DNA of 63,928 nucleotides, the filler included, from Choristocarpus tenellus KU-1152 (Eukaryota > Protista > Phaeophyceae): assembly GCA_964200185.2 (NCBI GenBank). It is 10 parts of 10 records of this genome, joined end to end, with 100 filler letters (N's around TTAATTAATTAA, not from the genome) between each part and the next. Parts side by side here need not be neighbours in the genome. Positions count along the whole stretch, not along the records: positions 59,619 to 63,928 come from CAXNAD020015177.1; 9 more parts are not named here. One strand, 5' to 3'. The notes below the pieces were generated by a model that worked only from the letters and a program-made list of their open reading frames with translations, had not been told where the DNA came from and searched no databases. The translations under genes were made by a program, and so were the position numbers. This document shows, piece after piece, positions 63,868-63,928 of the stretch (position 1 is the first letter of the stretch; each line of letters begins with the position of its first letter).

Positions 63868-63928
63868 GGGTCAAAGTATCTGGGGGGGGGGGGGGGGGGG
63901 GGTGGGGGGGGGGGTGCGTTTGGGTAAA
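63868..63928. mobile_element. MITE family A TIR at window end
   Basis: GGGTCAAAGTATCTGGGGGG. Confidence 0.7.

Overview
Intron-rich eukaryotic DNA, most consistent with a brown alga or a close stramenopile relative. This is inferred from 72-nt LRR exons, scattered TTAGGG motifs and GT/GC-AG introns. The window is not a natural locus: ten short contigs are joined by nine artificial 100-nt spacers (44 N + TTAATTAATTAA + 44 N), so adjacency across spacers means nothing. Host genes reconstructed by manual splicing: an Arg/Asp-rich protein, a complete Arg/Asp-rich C2H2 zinc-finger gene, a secreted/membrane protein, the 3' end of proteasome alpha-1 (PSMA6), an LRR gene built from 72-nt exons, an ankyrin-repeat pseudogene, eIF2-beta and an ABCG transporter with a degenerate NBD. 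Two related MITE families with 4-bp target-site duplications (TSDs) occur throughout. The most striking feature is contig 6247-14136. There a spliced Sola-type (DUF7869-like) DDD transposase is transcribed divergently from a spliced ParB/Srx-domain + HTH (Spo0J-like) gene. Iterated ~270-bp units carrying perfect palindromes (candidate parS-like sites) lie between them. A second transposase copy (48109-49198) runs directly into the terminal inverted repeat (TIR) of MITE family B.
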